Source: an uncultured Candidatus Saccharibacteria bacterium (lineage in GTDB: Bacteria; Patescibacteriota; Saccharimonadia; Saccharimonadales; UBA7683). From it: DNA of 64,000 nt. The stretch is taken from assembly GCA_964632215.1 (NCBI GenBank), contig CAZWBG010000001.1:313336-377335 (forward strand), read 5' to 3'. A program made the translations under genes and the position numbers. Under the pieces are notes generated by a model that saw only the letters and a program-made list of their open reading frames with translations, did not search any database and had not been told where the DNA came from. Below, one piece after another: positions 1 to 9,715 of this stretch (within the stretch, counting starts at the first letter, position 1; the number at the start of each line of letters is the position of its first letter).

Positions 1-737
1 GGTATTTTCGCAGGATCATTCGTAATCCGCCAGCGCGCTGCTAAATCTCGATCCGAGTTCAGCTCTCTATGATTTGAAACTGTAAACTTAATTTTTACTG
101 GGTTCACAAATTCCATACCACGCGTGATTAGCTTATAGAAGTGATTTGAGTGATCAGATGTACGTATCTCGTATTCACTGAGGCCATTTTTCGTATCATA
201 AGCCAACTCGTTCGCCCTTAAAGACTGCATCTCTATTGGAAATTGATTTTTATCCGTTGGAAATTCTATCGACAATAATAATTGCATATCCTCTAGCGTA
301 TCAACGGACATATTTAGTAGTGCTTTTTTGAAGCTACTCAACAATGCTAGTATTTTGTCTTTGTCTGTGACCTTCTCCACCAAATTTTCAGTTAGATCGT
401 ATAGACCGTTTTTTGATCTAATAGTTAGCGCATTATTACTACTTGTTAAAACAGACCTGGTAATATTGAGCGCTTCGACCGAGTCGGCCTCCCAGTTTCT
501 CGACAGCAACGCAATATCAGCGTCGTACTCACCAGCTTTCCCGTTTTTTGATGTGTGTTCAGTCAACGGCTTAGTGGTCGTGCCAGTTGCAAATGACCCC
601 TGCATTCTCACATCTATATCATCAAAAATAGTCCGCGCTGTACTCAATGTCGTATCGATCCGATTTTTCTGTGTTTTAGTTAATACTAAACGCTTTATGA
701 AATCTTCAAAAATCGTATCAAATTTGGATCCGTTCAT
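1..737 (-). CDS. Pol-beta superfamily nucleotidyltransferase (SMODS/CD-NTase-like or MNT-like); C-terminus lies outside the window
   Basis: Absent from the ORF track because it runs off the window. Hand translation from ATG 737 gives 245 codons with no stop. An RBS GAGGTGG lies upstream and the start overlaps the upstream stop as ATGA. Sequence: MNGSKFDTIFEDFIKRL...RMQGSFATGTTTKP...GEYDADIALL. The GS...DxD pattern is the NTase catalytic signature. Confidence 0.6.
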   Translation of the reverse strand, partial: MNGSKFDTIFEDFIKRLVLTKTQKNRIDTTLSTARTIFDDIDVRMQGSFATGTTTKPLTEHTSKNGKAGEYDADIALLSRNWEADSVEALNITRSVLTSSNNALTIRSKNGLYDLTENLVEKVTDKDKILALLSSFKKALLNMSVDTLEDMQLLLSIEFPTDKNQFPIEMQSLRANELAYDTKNGLSEYEIRTSDHSNHFYKLITRGMEFVNPVKIKFTVSNHRELNSDRDLAARWRITNDPAKI

Positions 738-1240
738 GTCTTAATCCACCTCGTTATCGTGTTCCAACTCGATCTAATCGGATTTAGCCTACGACGGCAG
801 TCTTTTGCGTGCTTTTGTGATATATCTAAAGTATCGATGCGCCTACCTTTCGGGACTGGGTCGGATGAGTACCTCAGGGGTTCCGCCCATGCGTCACGAA
901 ACATCTGTTCCGTGTGCGTTCGAAAATTTTTCACAGCATACCGATAACTCACACCCATCCAATAGCTATCAACCTCCAGAATAGCTTGGTGATTAGACAT
1001 TTCAGTCTGGTTTTGGTGCATCAACGCGACCAACTCCAGTTTACGATCCTTATCGTCTTTAGGACGGCGGAGAATCATGTAGTAGAGTTCTTCTCTATCC
1101 GAGATAAGAGTTAAACCTTTCGAGTATAAGCTTCTTCTTTCATCCCTTCGCTTTGTATAATAACTGTAAATTACGCCAGCCAATGATGATCCAACTAATG
1201 CTGTCGCGAGTGATAGTAAAATAGTCTCTAGACTCGTCAT
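734..1240 (-). CDS. small membrane-anchored protein (single N-terminal TM helix), unknown function
   Basis: 168-aa ORF with hydrophobic N-terminus ILLSLATALVGSSLAGVIYSYY followed by KRRDERR. It has 4-nt overlaps with hsdS upstream and the NTase downstream, which suggests translational coupling. Confidence 0.55.
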   Translation of the reverse strand: MTSLETILLSLATALVGSSLAGVIYSYYTKRRDERRSLYSKGLTLISDREELYYMILRRPKDDKDRKLELVALMHQNQTEMSNHQAILEVDSYWMGVSYRYAVKNFRTHTEQMFRDAWAEPLRYSSDPVPKGRRIDTLDISQKHAKDCRRRLNPIRSSWNTITRWIKT

Positions 1241-2325
1241 ACAAACATCCTCTGCAAAAGCGCTTTTTTGAATTCCTTCGCGCTGGCTAGTTTGGCTTCT
1301 TCTAGTTTGATTTTGTCATCTAATGCGGATAGGAAGTCGGCGATTTTTTGCTGTTCTTCGTCTGACTGCACGGGTACTTTAAAATCTTGTAATGTTGAAA
1401 GTTTAATATAGGGCATCGAGCCTTGTTGTTTTTGTGACTCCGCAAAAGTCTGAAACGCCTCTTTCAGATAGATGAATAAATATTTTGCTGGAATCTTAAA
1501 ATCTTGCAGCACGTAAGTTCGCTGGTATGCTTCGAATTTTCCCTTGTAATACGTGCAAAGTCCCACTTCACCGTTACCCGCAATCATAATAGCTTCGCCA
1601 TCAAAGCTATATTCATCGCTATATGTATGTTCGCGGGCGCACGTAAAGAACGGATACTCTCCTTTTGGATTGCCTTGATTTACATCTTTCTTGCCTGTTT
1701 TTATCATAACAATATCTGCAAGCTCTTTCTCTTCCCAGTCAGGATACTGATTGCCATTTGCGTCCTTGAAGCGAAGCTTGCCAGAAAATAGCGCTTGCAT
1801 GACGCCTTTTTTGTACTCATGCATAGCAGCCACCTTGGTTTGGATAGAAGTCAATTTGCTGTCTACCCCCACCATGTAATCTGCAATTTTTTGCTGTTCA
1901 ACTTCACCAGGGACGCCAACTTTAATTTTCTCTATTGTTGATTTTGACAAACTCGGCACACCAGAAGCCTCATTCCATTTTTGCCAATTAATTTTCTGAA
2001 AAATTGCGTATAAAAACTCTGGCACTGAGTCTTTATAGCCACGCGTATAAAACAATGTATCGACTGTCCAGAACTTACCGGTTAAGAACTGGGGCTTATC
2101 AATTGTACCTTTACGGCCTATACCGATGCTTTTACCATCATAAAGATAGTCATTCACATACAGCATCAAGCCACCCGTGCCATAAACAGGTACTTCACCC
2201 TTGTTGAGATGCTTATAATCCCGACCACTACCAATCTCTAACATGTCACCAAGTTTTTTAATTTGCCATCCATCAGTAAATTGCGGAAAGCGAAGTTCTG
2301 GCTCTCTTTTAGGTATCAGGCTCAT
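1237..2325 (-). CDS. hsdS: type I restriction-modification specificity subunit HsdS
   Basis: 362 aa with two target-recognition halves. Each half ends in the conserved HsdS helix (QQKIADYMVGVDSKL...KKGVMQALF and QQKIADFLSALDDKIKLEE...KKALLQRMF). Confidence 0.85.
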   Translation of the reverse strand: MSLIPKREPELRFPQFTDGWQIKKLGDMLEIGSGRDYKHLNKGEVPVYGTGGLMLYVNDYLYDGKSIGIGRKGTIDKPQFLTGKFWTVDTLFYTRGYKDSVPEFLYAIFQKINWQKWNEASGVPSLSKSTIEKIKVGVPGEVEQQKIADYMVGVDSKLTSIQTKVAAMHEYKKGVMQALFSGKLRFKDANGNQYPDWEEKELADIVMIKTGKKDVNQGNPKGEYPFFTCAREHTYSDEYSFDGEAIMIAGNGEVGLCTYYKGKFEAYQRTYVLQDFKIPAKYLFIYLKEAFQTFAESQKQQGSMPYIKLSTLQDFKVPVQSDEEQQKIADFLSALDDKIKLEEAKLASAKEFKKALLQRMFV

Positions 2326-2993
2326 GTCGTGAATTCCTTCAATGTAGAGATCGTGTCGTCTAATATGAAGTTGTAAAACTCGTTAATTCTTATATTCGTA
2401 GGTATATATTTGCAGCCGGATACTCTCGACTCAACAAACTCCATTTTTTTGATGGTCAATCGAGGCACACTTACTGATAAGTCGAGCGCGTCATGCTTTC
2501 TATTATTCCATTCTTTAACAATCAAACTACTCCTGACTCTACCATTGTACTGTGGATTTTTACTCAAATAGGACTTAAGATTTCTAGAGGCACTACCACC
2601 TTGAGTAAAGGCAAGTATGAACCTGAGTGCTTCATATAGCTCTGCAGTGTCATTGATTACGTTATTCACACTTCGTCTCAGTGACATATTGCTCTGACTA
2701 ATCATATTATTATCGTAATATACTTCTTGCGTAAATCTATCTTCATATGCCTTAAGATGTAGCTCTTTTAGAATTTCTTTGTATATATCACCTGCGCTAG
2801 ATAAGGCTATTTCAACTTTACGAACCTTATAGTGTAAGGAGGTCACTTCCTGATAGTACTTATGACTTTTATCCAACGACCTAGGCACTAGTCTACTTGC
2901 ATAGTACGGCAGCCTTACTAGCACGCTATGGTTAATCGTAACAGCAAGAGAACGAACGGATTCTTTCTTACTTATTTTTGCGGAAATATCCAT
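2322..2993 (-). CDS. hypothetical protein embedded in the type I R-M operon
   Basis: 223-aa ORF, 4-nt overlap with hsdS. I recognise no motif. Confidence 0.5.
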   Translation of the reverse strand: MDISAKISKKESVRSLAVTINHSVLVRLPYYASRLVPRSLDKSHKYYQEVTSLHYKVRKVEIALSSAGDIYKEILKELHLKAYEDRFTQEVYYDNNMISQSNMSLRRSVNNVINDTAELYEALRFILAFTQGGSASRNLKSYLSKNPQYNGRVRSSLIVKEWNNRKHDALDLSVSVPRLTIKKMEFVESRVSGCKYIPTNIRINEFYNFILDDTISTLKEFTT

Positions 2994-3011
2994 AACCTCA
3001 AAACGGCAAGT

Positions 3012-3848
3012 CTATGCCGAGTCCTTTCGTATTACTTCATCCATAGTTTTACCGTTGGCATTTTTCCAGGTTGTCCAGGCGTTTATGTTACCGCCTACAC
3101 AGAATCCTCCAGCATGGTTAGGACTTTTGAAAGTAATGTTCTCGGTAAGCTCATAGTTATTATCTTCTCTCTGTTGAGCCTTTTCGGCCAGTAAAGATCG
3201 GCGCTCAGCTGAGGCGCTGGGATATCTGACAGGAAATAGCGGGCGTTCAGTACCATCAATAACGGAGCCAGCGAGTACCACAAACCGAGAACCCCTAAAC
3301 TGCGCCTTGGCGTCTGTTTTCCTAGTTTTACAGTACCAGACATCGCTTACATCGTCTTGTTTAGTTGAAAATAGACTGAAACCTAACGACTGAGCAATAA
3401 GTGCGATGTCTTCCAGAATCATCTGCAAGCTGTGGAGTTTGAATTCATGAATGTTGTTACGAGATGGAACAGTTTTATTGAGCACCTCCATAGCTGCGGT
3501 TGCTTTCGCCTTTTCTACTGCCAAAGATTCAAGATATTTAATATCACTTTTTTCGAGACTATTGGTAGTAGAGACTATTGCAACAGCCGTATCCCAGAAG
3601 TCTTTATTCTGGTCGTGATTCTTTACACGGTCATAAAAATTTTCTGCTTCGCCAATATAGACTTGGTTCTCGCCAGAATTAATAAGTAAGTATAGAGACG
3701 GTTGTCTTATCCTACTTTCATCCTTGATGTCGTTGAGTTTAATCCTCGGTACCACAAAAGCCTTAACTGCGCTTTCAGAAACCTCAATAATCCGTACCCC
3801 CTCAAGAGTGGCATCAGGCAGATACATTTGAATTAATCTAGGCATCAT
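3012..3848 (-). CDS. GIY-YIG-like nuclease family protein with DUF4357-like C-terminus
   Basis: N-terminal LYLLINSGENQVYIGEAENFYDRVKNHDQNKDFW is GIY-YIG-like. C-terminal FKSPNHAGGFCVGGNINAWTTWKNANGKT matches my memory of DUF4357. I moved the start to ATG 3848, which has AAAGGAA upstream. Confidence 0.6.
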   Translation of the reverse strand: MMPRLIQMYLPDATLEGVRIIEVSESAVKAFVVPRIKLNDIKDESRIRQPSLYLLINSGENQVYIGEAENFYDRVKNHDQNKDFWDTAVAIVSTTNSLEKSDIKYLESLAVEKAKATAAMEVLNKTVPSRNNIHEFKLHSLQMILEDIALIAQSLGFSLFSTKQDDVSDVWYCKTRKTDAKAQFRGSRFVVLAGSVIDGTERPLFPVRYPSASAERRSLLAEKAQQREDNNYELTENITFKSPNHAGGFCVGGNINAWTTWKNANGKTMDEVIRKDSA

Positions 3849-4689
3849 GCATTCCTTTTTCTTCGAGTTTCTTCTGCTGCTCTTCTTGCTCAATGAATGA
3901 TTTATACTGCCGTGTAGCAGCATCTATGAGCGCCTGTACACGTTTCTCTTTTGTTTTGCCCTCACTAATAAAGTGTGCATTCAGGTTTTCAAGATTTGCC
4001 AGGATTACCAATTGCTGGATAGTTGCGTAGTCACGCTGGTTCTTGCCACTCTTGGCAAGCCTTGGGCTTGCTTGGCGCCATTCGGCAGCCGTTTGCCCAA
4101 AGACAATTTTGTTAAGTATATCGGCTTCGTCAGTGTAGACAAAGATTTGCTTTGACTTAGTGATGTTTAACGCTGGCAGTAAATCATTCTTAATAGAATC
4201 AGTGTGTAAACGATAGTTAACGCGTGACAAGTAACGGTGTGAGTCCCATTCAATAATATGCTGTTCTTGAGCCTTGAGTCGCTGGAACTCAACGATAATC
4301 AACAGCTTAAACTCTGGGCTCAGCCAAGTACCGAACTCGAAGGCAATATCTCTATGCGCATAGGTACCACCATACCGTCCAGCCTTGGCAATAATTCCTT
4401 TGGCGTTTACAGATTTTATCCACTGCTTCGCAGACAAGGTAAACCGATTCAATCCGGCTTGGTTTTTAATTCCCTCGAATTCGAGGGAATTAAAGCTAGG
4501 GTTATTTAATTGTTCCCAAACACCAAGAAACTCAAGTGTGTTTTTGTTACGCAGCCAATTGTCTATAACTCTGTCTGCACCGTAAGTTTTTGCCATGTCT
4601 GTTAAATAGATATAATCTTCGCCGTTTATCTTGGCGACATTAATTGCGCCACCATTTACATCCATAGATAAGTTGTTAACTGGCGTCAT
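3838..4689 (-). CDS. KilA-N domain-containing protein
   Basis: Contains YIYLTDMAKTYG...GGTYAHRDIAFEFGTWLSPEFKLLII, typical of KilA-N/ORF6N DNA-binding proteins, which are often found between hsdM and hsdS. Confidence 0.7.
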   Translation of the reverse strand: MTPVNNLSMDVNGGAINVAKINGEDYIYLTDMAKTYGADRVIDNWLRNKNTLEFLGVWEQLNNPSFNSLEFEGIKNQAGLNRFTLSAKQWIKSVNAKGIIAKAGRYGGTYAHRDIAFEFGTWLSPEFKLLIIVEFQRLKAQEQHIIEWDSHRYLSRVNYRLHTDSIKNDLLPALNITKSKQIFVYTDEADILNKIVFGQTAAEWRQASPRLAKSGKNQRDYATIQQLVILANLENLNAHFISEGKTKEKRVQALIDAATRQYKSFIEQEEQQKKLEEKGMHDA

Positions 4690-6254
4690 CTTACATCTCC
4701 AAATGGTGACTCTATACCCAACTCATCGGTATACTTCTTGATCTGAGCGTCGAGTTTAGTGGAATCTTTGTCAATCTTGCGGATTTGAGCCACCACTTCG
4801 TCAAGGTCAATTTCTTCCTCTTCTTCGAACGTATCTACGTAGCGTGGGATATTGAGGTTATAGTCATTCTCAGCTATCTCTGCAAGCTTTGCCGCGTAAC
4901 TATACTTGTCTTCTGTTTTTCTTTCTTGATACGTTGTAATGATTTTATCGATATCTTCAGGACGCAGATGATTCTGATTTTTACCTTTTTCAAAATACTT
5001 ACTTGCATCAATGAAGAGGACATCTTCGGGATGTGTTCGACATTTTTTAAAGACCAGGATACTAGCCGGAATTGATGTACCGAAAAAGAGATTAGCCGGC
5101 AAGCCGATAACTGCATCAAGATAATTTTTCTGCTCAATTAAGAATTTACGAATATGACCTTCGGCTGCACCGCGAAAGAGTACACCATGCGGCATAACTA
5201 CTGCCATGGTGCCATTCTCATCAAGTTGGTAGATCATATGCTGAATGAAAGCATAGTCCGCTTTACTTGCTGGTGCTAGCTTTCCATACTGCGCAAAACG
5301 ATCATCGCTTAGGTGGATTGGGTTGGCTGACCAGTTGGCGCTAAAAGGAGGATTCGCCACTATGGCTTCAAAGCGAAACTCTGCGTGTTGTGGGTGCTCT
5401 AGTGTATCTTCTTGTTTGATATCAAAATCGCTGTAGTGTACATCATGTAAGATCATGTTCATACGGGCTAGGTTGTAAGTGGTGTTATTCAGCTCTTGTC
5501 CGAAGAAACGATCCACATGGCTAACATACTTTGCCACACGCAGTAAAAGTGAACCTGACCCACATGTTGGGTCATACACGTTCTTAAGTTCTTTCTTGCC
5601 TGCCGTGACCAATCGAGCGAGAATTTGTGAAACTTCTTGTGGAGTGTAAAATTCACCAGCTTTTTTACCCGCACCGCTCGCAAACTGCCCGATGAGATAC
5701 TCATATGCATCTCCCAGAACATCGATCTGGGAGTTCTCTAGCTGAAAGTCAATCTTATCCAAATGTAATAGAACTTTGGAGATGAGCTCATTACGAGCGC
5801 TAACCGTTTTACCAAGTCTACTGGCGTTCAGATCAAGCTCTGAGAAGAGCTTATCAAAGTCTTCCTCGCTATCTGTGCCCATCGTGCTAGATTCAATGCT
5901 ATTTAGAATTCTCTCAAGGTCTTCGTTCAAGTCTTCATTAGTTGCACTATGTAGTGCTACGTAGTGGAATAGCTCGTTGGGCTTCAGGAAATAACCAAGT
6001 TTATCTAGTGCTGCTTTTCTAACTTCTTCAATATACACATCAGCGTTCTGTAGGTTATCATTAATTCCTTCATAGGTGATATTATCGGCTTCTAGTAGTT
6101 CGTTCGCGTAGAGTTCAATCTTCTCAGAAAGATATTTATAAAAAATAAAACCCAAGATATAATCCCGGAATTCATCAGGATTCATCTTACCTCGAAGCTC
6201 ATTAGCAATATTCCAGAGCTGAGTTTGTAATTGTTTCTTTTGATCTTCTGACAT
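4686..6254 (-). CDS. hsdM: type I R-M N6-adenine DNA methyltransferase HsdM
   Basis: 522 aa with an HsdM N-terminal domain, AdoMet motif VYDPTCGSGSLL and catalytic NPPF (IVANPPFSANW). Confidence 0.9.
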   Translation of the reverse strand: MSEDQKKQLQTQLWNIANELRGKMNPDEFRDYILGFIFYKYLSEKIELYANELLEADNITYEGINDNLQNADVYIEEVRKAALDKLGYFLKPNELFHYVALHSATNEDLNEDLERILNSIESSTMGTDSEEDFDKLFSELDLNASRLGKTVSARNELISKVLLHLDKIDFQLENSQIDVLGDAYEYLIGQFASGAGKKAGEFYTPQEVSQILARLVTAGKKELKNVYDPTCGSGSLLLRVAKYVSHVDRFFGQELNNTTYNLARMNMILHDVHYSDFDIKQEDTLEHPQHAEFRFEAIVANPPFSANWSANPIHLSDDRFAQYGKLAPASKADYAFIQHMIYQLDENGTMAVVMPHGVLFRGAAEGHIRKFLIEQKNYLDAVIGLPANLFFGTSIPASILVFKKCRTHPEDVLFIDASKYFEKGKNQNHLRPEDIDKIITTYQERKTEDKYSYAAKLAEIAENDYNLNIPRYVDTFEEEEEIDLDEVVAQIRKIDKDSTKLDAQIKKYTDELGIESPFGDVR

Positions 6255-6452
6255 CTAGCCTCCAAATGCTAAATCCAGCATAGCATTTTTATATCTGTTT
6301 TGAAATTAAATCTAGATTAAAATTGGGGTTATTTTTTGTTTGTTGAGATCTGGTATACTTGGGTGTAGGTGAAGGAGCTTAAGTTAATTATGAGAATTTA
6401 GCATCCAATTTAATTTTTGAACCAATGTTTGTAACTGGAAAGGATGTTTTGT

Positions 6453-6512
6453 ATGGCAAAAGGTAAAGGTAAACCTGGCCGCGAAGTTAGAAAACCAAAG
6501 AAAGATAAGTAG
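6453..6512 (+). CDS. possible 19-aa lysine-rich small ORF (MAKGKGKPGREVRKPKKDK)
   Basis: ATG preceded by GGAAAGGA and followed within 45 nt by a strong terminator. Too short for any statistical support. Confidence 0.25.
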   Translation: MAKGKGKPGREVRKPKKDK

Positions 6513-6555
6513 CTCACCGCTATTTCAGTGTAGTCGCCTATTGAAGGTCGAAAAA

Positions 6556-6580
6556 CCCCGCTCGTACTGAGCGGGGTTTT
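6556..6580. terminator. intrinsic terminator hairpin (bidirectional, A-run/T-run flanked)
   Basis: CCCCGCTC-gtact-GAGCGGGG followed by TTTT and preceded by AAAAA. Confidence 0.7.
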
Positions 6581-6605
6581 ATATAAAAAACTAGGAGAAT
6601 AACAA

Positions 6606-6649
6606 GTTAAGACAGGAGACCGCGTGAGCACACGATCTCCTGTCTTAAC
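6606..6649. repeat. perfect 14-bp inverted repeat with a 16-nt spacer
   Basis: GTTAAGACAGGAGA (6606-6619) and TCTCCTGTCTTAAC (6636-6649). Confidence 0.8.
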
Positions 6650-6764
6650 TCATGATATATCTATCTATAAAAGTTCTTTGGAGTAAATTGATACTCAGCA
6701 CAGGCTATCTCCTAATTATACTATTTTTAGTATATAAAGTCAACTGCTCCAATACGCCGTGTCT

Positions 6765-7004
6765 TTAGCTCAATTGAGTAGGAAGGTAACTAGACTCAAA
6801 CTGCGAGTTAACGTCAGCTAGGCTAAAAAGAGTAAAGATGGTGGCACCAATCACAAAAATGATTGCTGCGATAACTAAAATAATCAGATTACGGCTTAAT
6901 CCCCACTTTTCTTCTTCTGATTTTATCACCTTCCTCGCTTTAGTTACCTTTGTAACTTTGGTGGACTTCGGGATATTTGCTGTTTTTGCCATAAGCCCTA
7001 TCAT
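6765..7004 (-). CDS. small membrane protein
   Basis: 79-aa ORF with a basic N-terminus and one TM helix (LIILVIAAIIFVIGATIFTLF). Confidence 0.4.
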   Translation of the reverse strand: MIGLMAKTANIPKSTKVTKVTKARKVIKSEEEKWGLSRNLIILVIAAIIFVIGATIFTLFSLADVNSQFESSYLPTQLS

Positions 7005-7061
7005 ACGCTTTTTACTAGAGAGGAGGCAAGCACTACAGCGAAACGCTCCACAAGTTCGACC

Positions 7062-7364
7062 CTAGGTTCTTGCAGAAAGTGGAATATAAGCTTTGCTTTT
7101 TTTGACCGATATATTAGACGATGGGGCTAGAGTAGTAAGTGGTAATGGCACCACTAACTCGTATGCGGGCAGTGCTTTATAGGCCAACGTAGGTACCTCG
7201 GTGGCGACTTGGGGAGGGGTAGGTGACGTGGGCACACTACCCTGCTGAGCCTCTGGGTGGTGCAAGCTGATAAATAAACTCAGCAGGAATGTTATCGCAG
7301 TTATAACCAGTACTCCATTGAGTATCTGATCTACGTACGTGTGTACATAATAATTCTTACGCAT
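7062..7364 (-). CDS. small membrane protein, Pro/Thr-rich tail
   Basis: 100-aa ORF with TM helix VLVITAITFLLSLFISL. Confidence 0.4.
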   Translation of the reverse strand: MRKNYYVHTYVDQILNGVLVITAITFLLSLFISLHHPEAQQGSVPTSPTPPQVATEVPTLAYKALPAYELVVPLPLTTLAPSSNISVKKSKAYIPLSART

Positions 7365-7476
7365 GCCTCGCCTCCCTGACTAATGCTCAGTCTAGCCCAT
7401 CTCGCAAAGAAGTTCTGTGAGCTATTTCACACCAAAGTATGATCTATCTCACGATCAAGACATGGCCTAGAGAAGA

Positions 7477-9303
7477 CTAGGTTTTGTTTTGACGCTTTCG
7501 CTTGTTTGGGTCAATTTCTCGTTTGCGTAGGCGCAAGTTTTTTGGAGTTACTTCTAATAGTTCATCATTTTCGATGAAATCGAGACACTGTTCTAGGCTC
7601 AGTGGTGTTGGTGGGGTCAGTTGGACTACACCGTCAGATGATGTGCTTCGCATATTGGTTAAATGCTTTTCTTTCACTACGTTGATATCCATGTCTTCAC
7701 CACGAGAGTTAAGCCCAACCACTTGGCCAGCATAAACTTTGACACCTGGGCCGATGAAACAAGTTCCACGAGCTTCGGCATTTTGCAGAGCGTAGGCAGT
7801 CGTTGTACCAGTCTCAAAAGCAATGAGTACACCGTTTCGCAGTTGCTGCAAAGCAGGACCCTGTGGTTGGTAACCAGTCGTTAAGCTATTCATAATAACG
7901 GTACCCTTGGTGTTGGTAATAAGAATGTTACGCAGACCCAGCAACGCACGAGTTGGTAGTTCGTAGATCAATTTTGTAGCACCCTGAGAAGTCGTAAACT
8001 GCTCTTTTAAGGTTGCTCGACGTGTCCCAAGCTCCATCTGAATTGCACCAGCATGTTCAGCTGGCACTTCAATAATAAGCTCTTCGACAGGCTCAAGTAT
8101 TTTGCCATCTTCTTCTTTAGTTACCACTTGTGGGCGGCCAACTTCAAATTCAAAGCCTTCGCGGCGCATAGTTTCTATAAGTACAGAAAGATGGAGTTCA
8201 CCTCGTCCAGCAACCAAGAAGCCAATACCGTCTTCTTCAACCCGCAGGCCAATATTAGTCTCTAATTCGCGCTTGAGACGTTCGCTAATTTGGCGAGAAG
8301 TTGTAAATTCGCCTTCCAGACCCTTAAATGGACCGGTATTAGGACCAAGGTACACTTGTAGAGTTGGCGCCTCTACCTCAAGTACTGGCAAGGCCTCGGG
8401 CTTTTCGCTATCTGCTACTGTTTCACCAATCTGGATATCCTTCAGACCAGTTAGTTGCACAATATCACCTGCAATACCACCTGGTACCTCAAACTTACTA
8501 ACACCGCGACTCATAAAGACTAGCTCTACTTTAGCTTTTGTAAAACTGCCGTCTTTTTTGCACACCGTTACTATTTGTCCGGCCGCAACTGCGCCCTGGC
8601 TAATACGACCAATGGCGTACTTACCCTTAAAACTGTCGTGTGCTAAGGCAGTCACGAGCATCTGGAAAGGAGCCTCGGCATTAACGCGTGGAGCAGGAAC
8701 TTCGTTCATAATCGCCTCAAAAATAGATTCAAGATCGCCAGCTTCGGTTGAGTCGGCTGGTGGTGTTGTCCAGGCTTTACCTTCACGGCCAATTGCATAG
8801 TAAACTGGGTAGTGCAGTTGGTCTTCGTGAACAGCTAACTCTAAAAAGAGGTCAGCTAGCTCGTCTTCTACTTCTGTAATACGACTACCTGGCTTGTCAA
8901 TCTTGTTAATAACGACGATCGGTTTAAGACCGCCAGCTAGAGCTTTGGTTAATACAAACTTAGTCTGTGGCATCGGACCCTCTTGAGCGTCTACAATCAA
9001 CAAACAGCCATCGGCCATGTTCAGTGTTCGCTCTACTTCACCAGAAAAATCGGCATGTCCTGGAGTATCGATGATATTAATGCGGTAATCGTTATGCTGA
9101 ACGGCGGTAACTTTGGCAGTAATGGTAATACCACGCTCTTTTTCTTGGTCGCCACTATCCATGATGAGCTCTTGAGTCATCTCAGCTTGGTTGTCGCGGA
9201 AAGTCTGTGATTGCTTAAGCAACCCATCAACCAAAGTAGTCTTACCATGGTCAACGTGAGCAATAATAGCAATATTACGAATTTTTTTTGGGTCTTGTTG
9301 CAT
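7477..9303 (-). CDS. typA: translational GTPase TypA/BipA
   Basis: Motifs [23 protein letters not shown] and NKID, with TypA-type C-terminal domains. Start moved to ATG 9303, which has GAGGAGG upstream. Confidence 0.9.
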   Translation of the reverse strand: MQQDPKKIRNIAIIAHVDHGKTTLVDGLLKQSQTFRDNQAEMTQELIMDSGDQEKERGITITAKVTAVQHNDYRINIIDTPGHADFSGEVERTLNMADGCLLIVDAQEGPMPQTKFVLTKALAGGLKPIVVINKIDKPGSRITEVEDELADLFLELAVHEDQLHYPVYYAIGREGKAWTTPPADSTEAGDLESIFEAIMNEVPAPRVNAEAPFQMLVTALAHDSFKGKYAIGRISQGAVAAGQIVTVCKKDGSFTKAKVELVFMSRGVSKFEVPGGIAGDIVQLTGLKDIQIGETVADSEKPEALPVLEVEAPTLQVYLGPNTGPFKGLEGEFTTSRQISERLKRELETNIGLRVEEDGIGFLVAGRGELHLSVLIETMRREGFEFEVGRPQVVTKEEDGKILEPVEELIIEVPAEHAGAIQMELGTRRATLKEQFTTSQGATKLIYELPTRALLGLRNILITNTKGTVIMNSLTTGYQPQGPALQQLRNGVLIAFETGTTTAYALQNAEARGTCFIGPGVKVYAGQVVGLNSRGEDMDINVVKEKHLTNMRSTSSDGVVQLTPPTPLSLEQCLDFIENDELLEVTPKNLRLRKREIDPNKRKRQNKT

Positions 9304-9415
9304 AGAAAAAGCGCCTCCTCGGCGCACACTAGATACTAATATACGTTATAGCCCAGTATAACAGATCTGGAGACTTTTGGCTATAGCATATTGAATCAAG
9401 TGTGTGTAGGTTTGG

Positions 9416-9622
9416 TTAGTCTTCGATGTTGCGTAAAATTACAAAACTAATCATTACAATAGCAATGGCAGTACCGATACCAAGTACAAAATCTGGCCAC
9501 AGTTCAGTACCATAACCAAGCGTAAGTCCAATGCTCAAACCTGCCAGACCTACAATAGCCGTAAATATACCACCGCGGATACCGCTGAGCTCGGGTTTCT
9601 TTTGTTTTTTCTTGGTTGCCAT
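9416..9622 (-). CDS. small two-TM membrane protein
   Basis: 68-aa ORF with a basic N-terminus and two hydrophobic segments. Confidence 0.45.
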   Translation of the reverse strand: MATKKKQKKPELSGIRGGIFTAIVGLAGLSIGLTLGYGTELWPDFVLGIGTAIAIVMISFVILRNIED

Positions 9623-9715
9623 GTTTGTATTCCTTTTTTTAGGTTGTTAAAACTACATCGAATTATACGCTCTATCTGATGTGGTCGTCAAATCAAAAGG
9701 GTTTATACTAGGTGT

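Noticed and set aside
328-744. 138-aa + strand ORF from the track
   Set aside because: It is antisense to the uninterrupted 245-codon nucleotidyltransferase frame, has low-complexity Ser/Leu/Val-rich sequence and no RBS. It looks like a shadow ORF.
8102-8800. 232-aa + strand ORF, plus other ORFs inside 7477-9327
   Set aside because: It is antisense to typA, whose identity is unambiguous. The Ser/Pro/Arg-rich composition is typical of an antisense frame.
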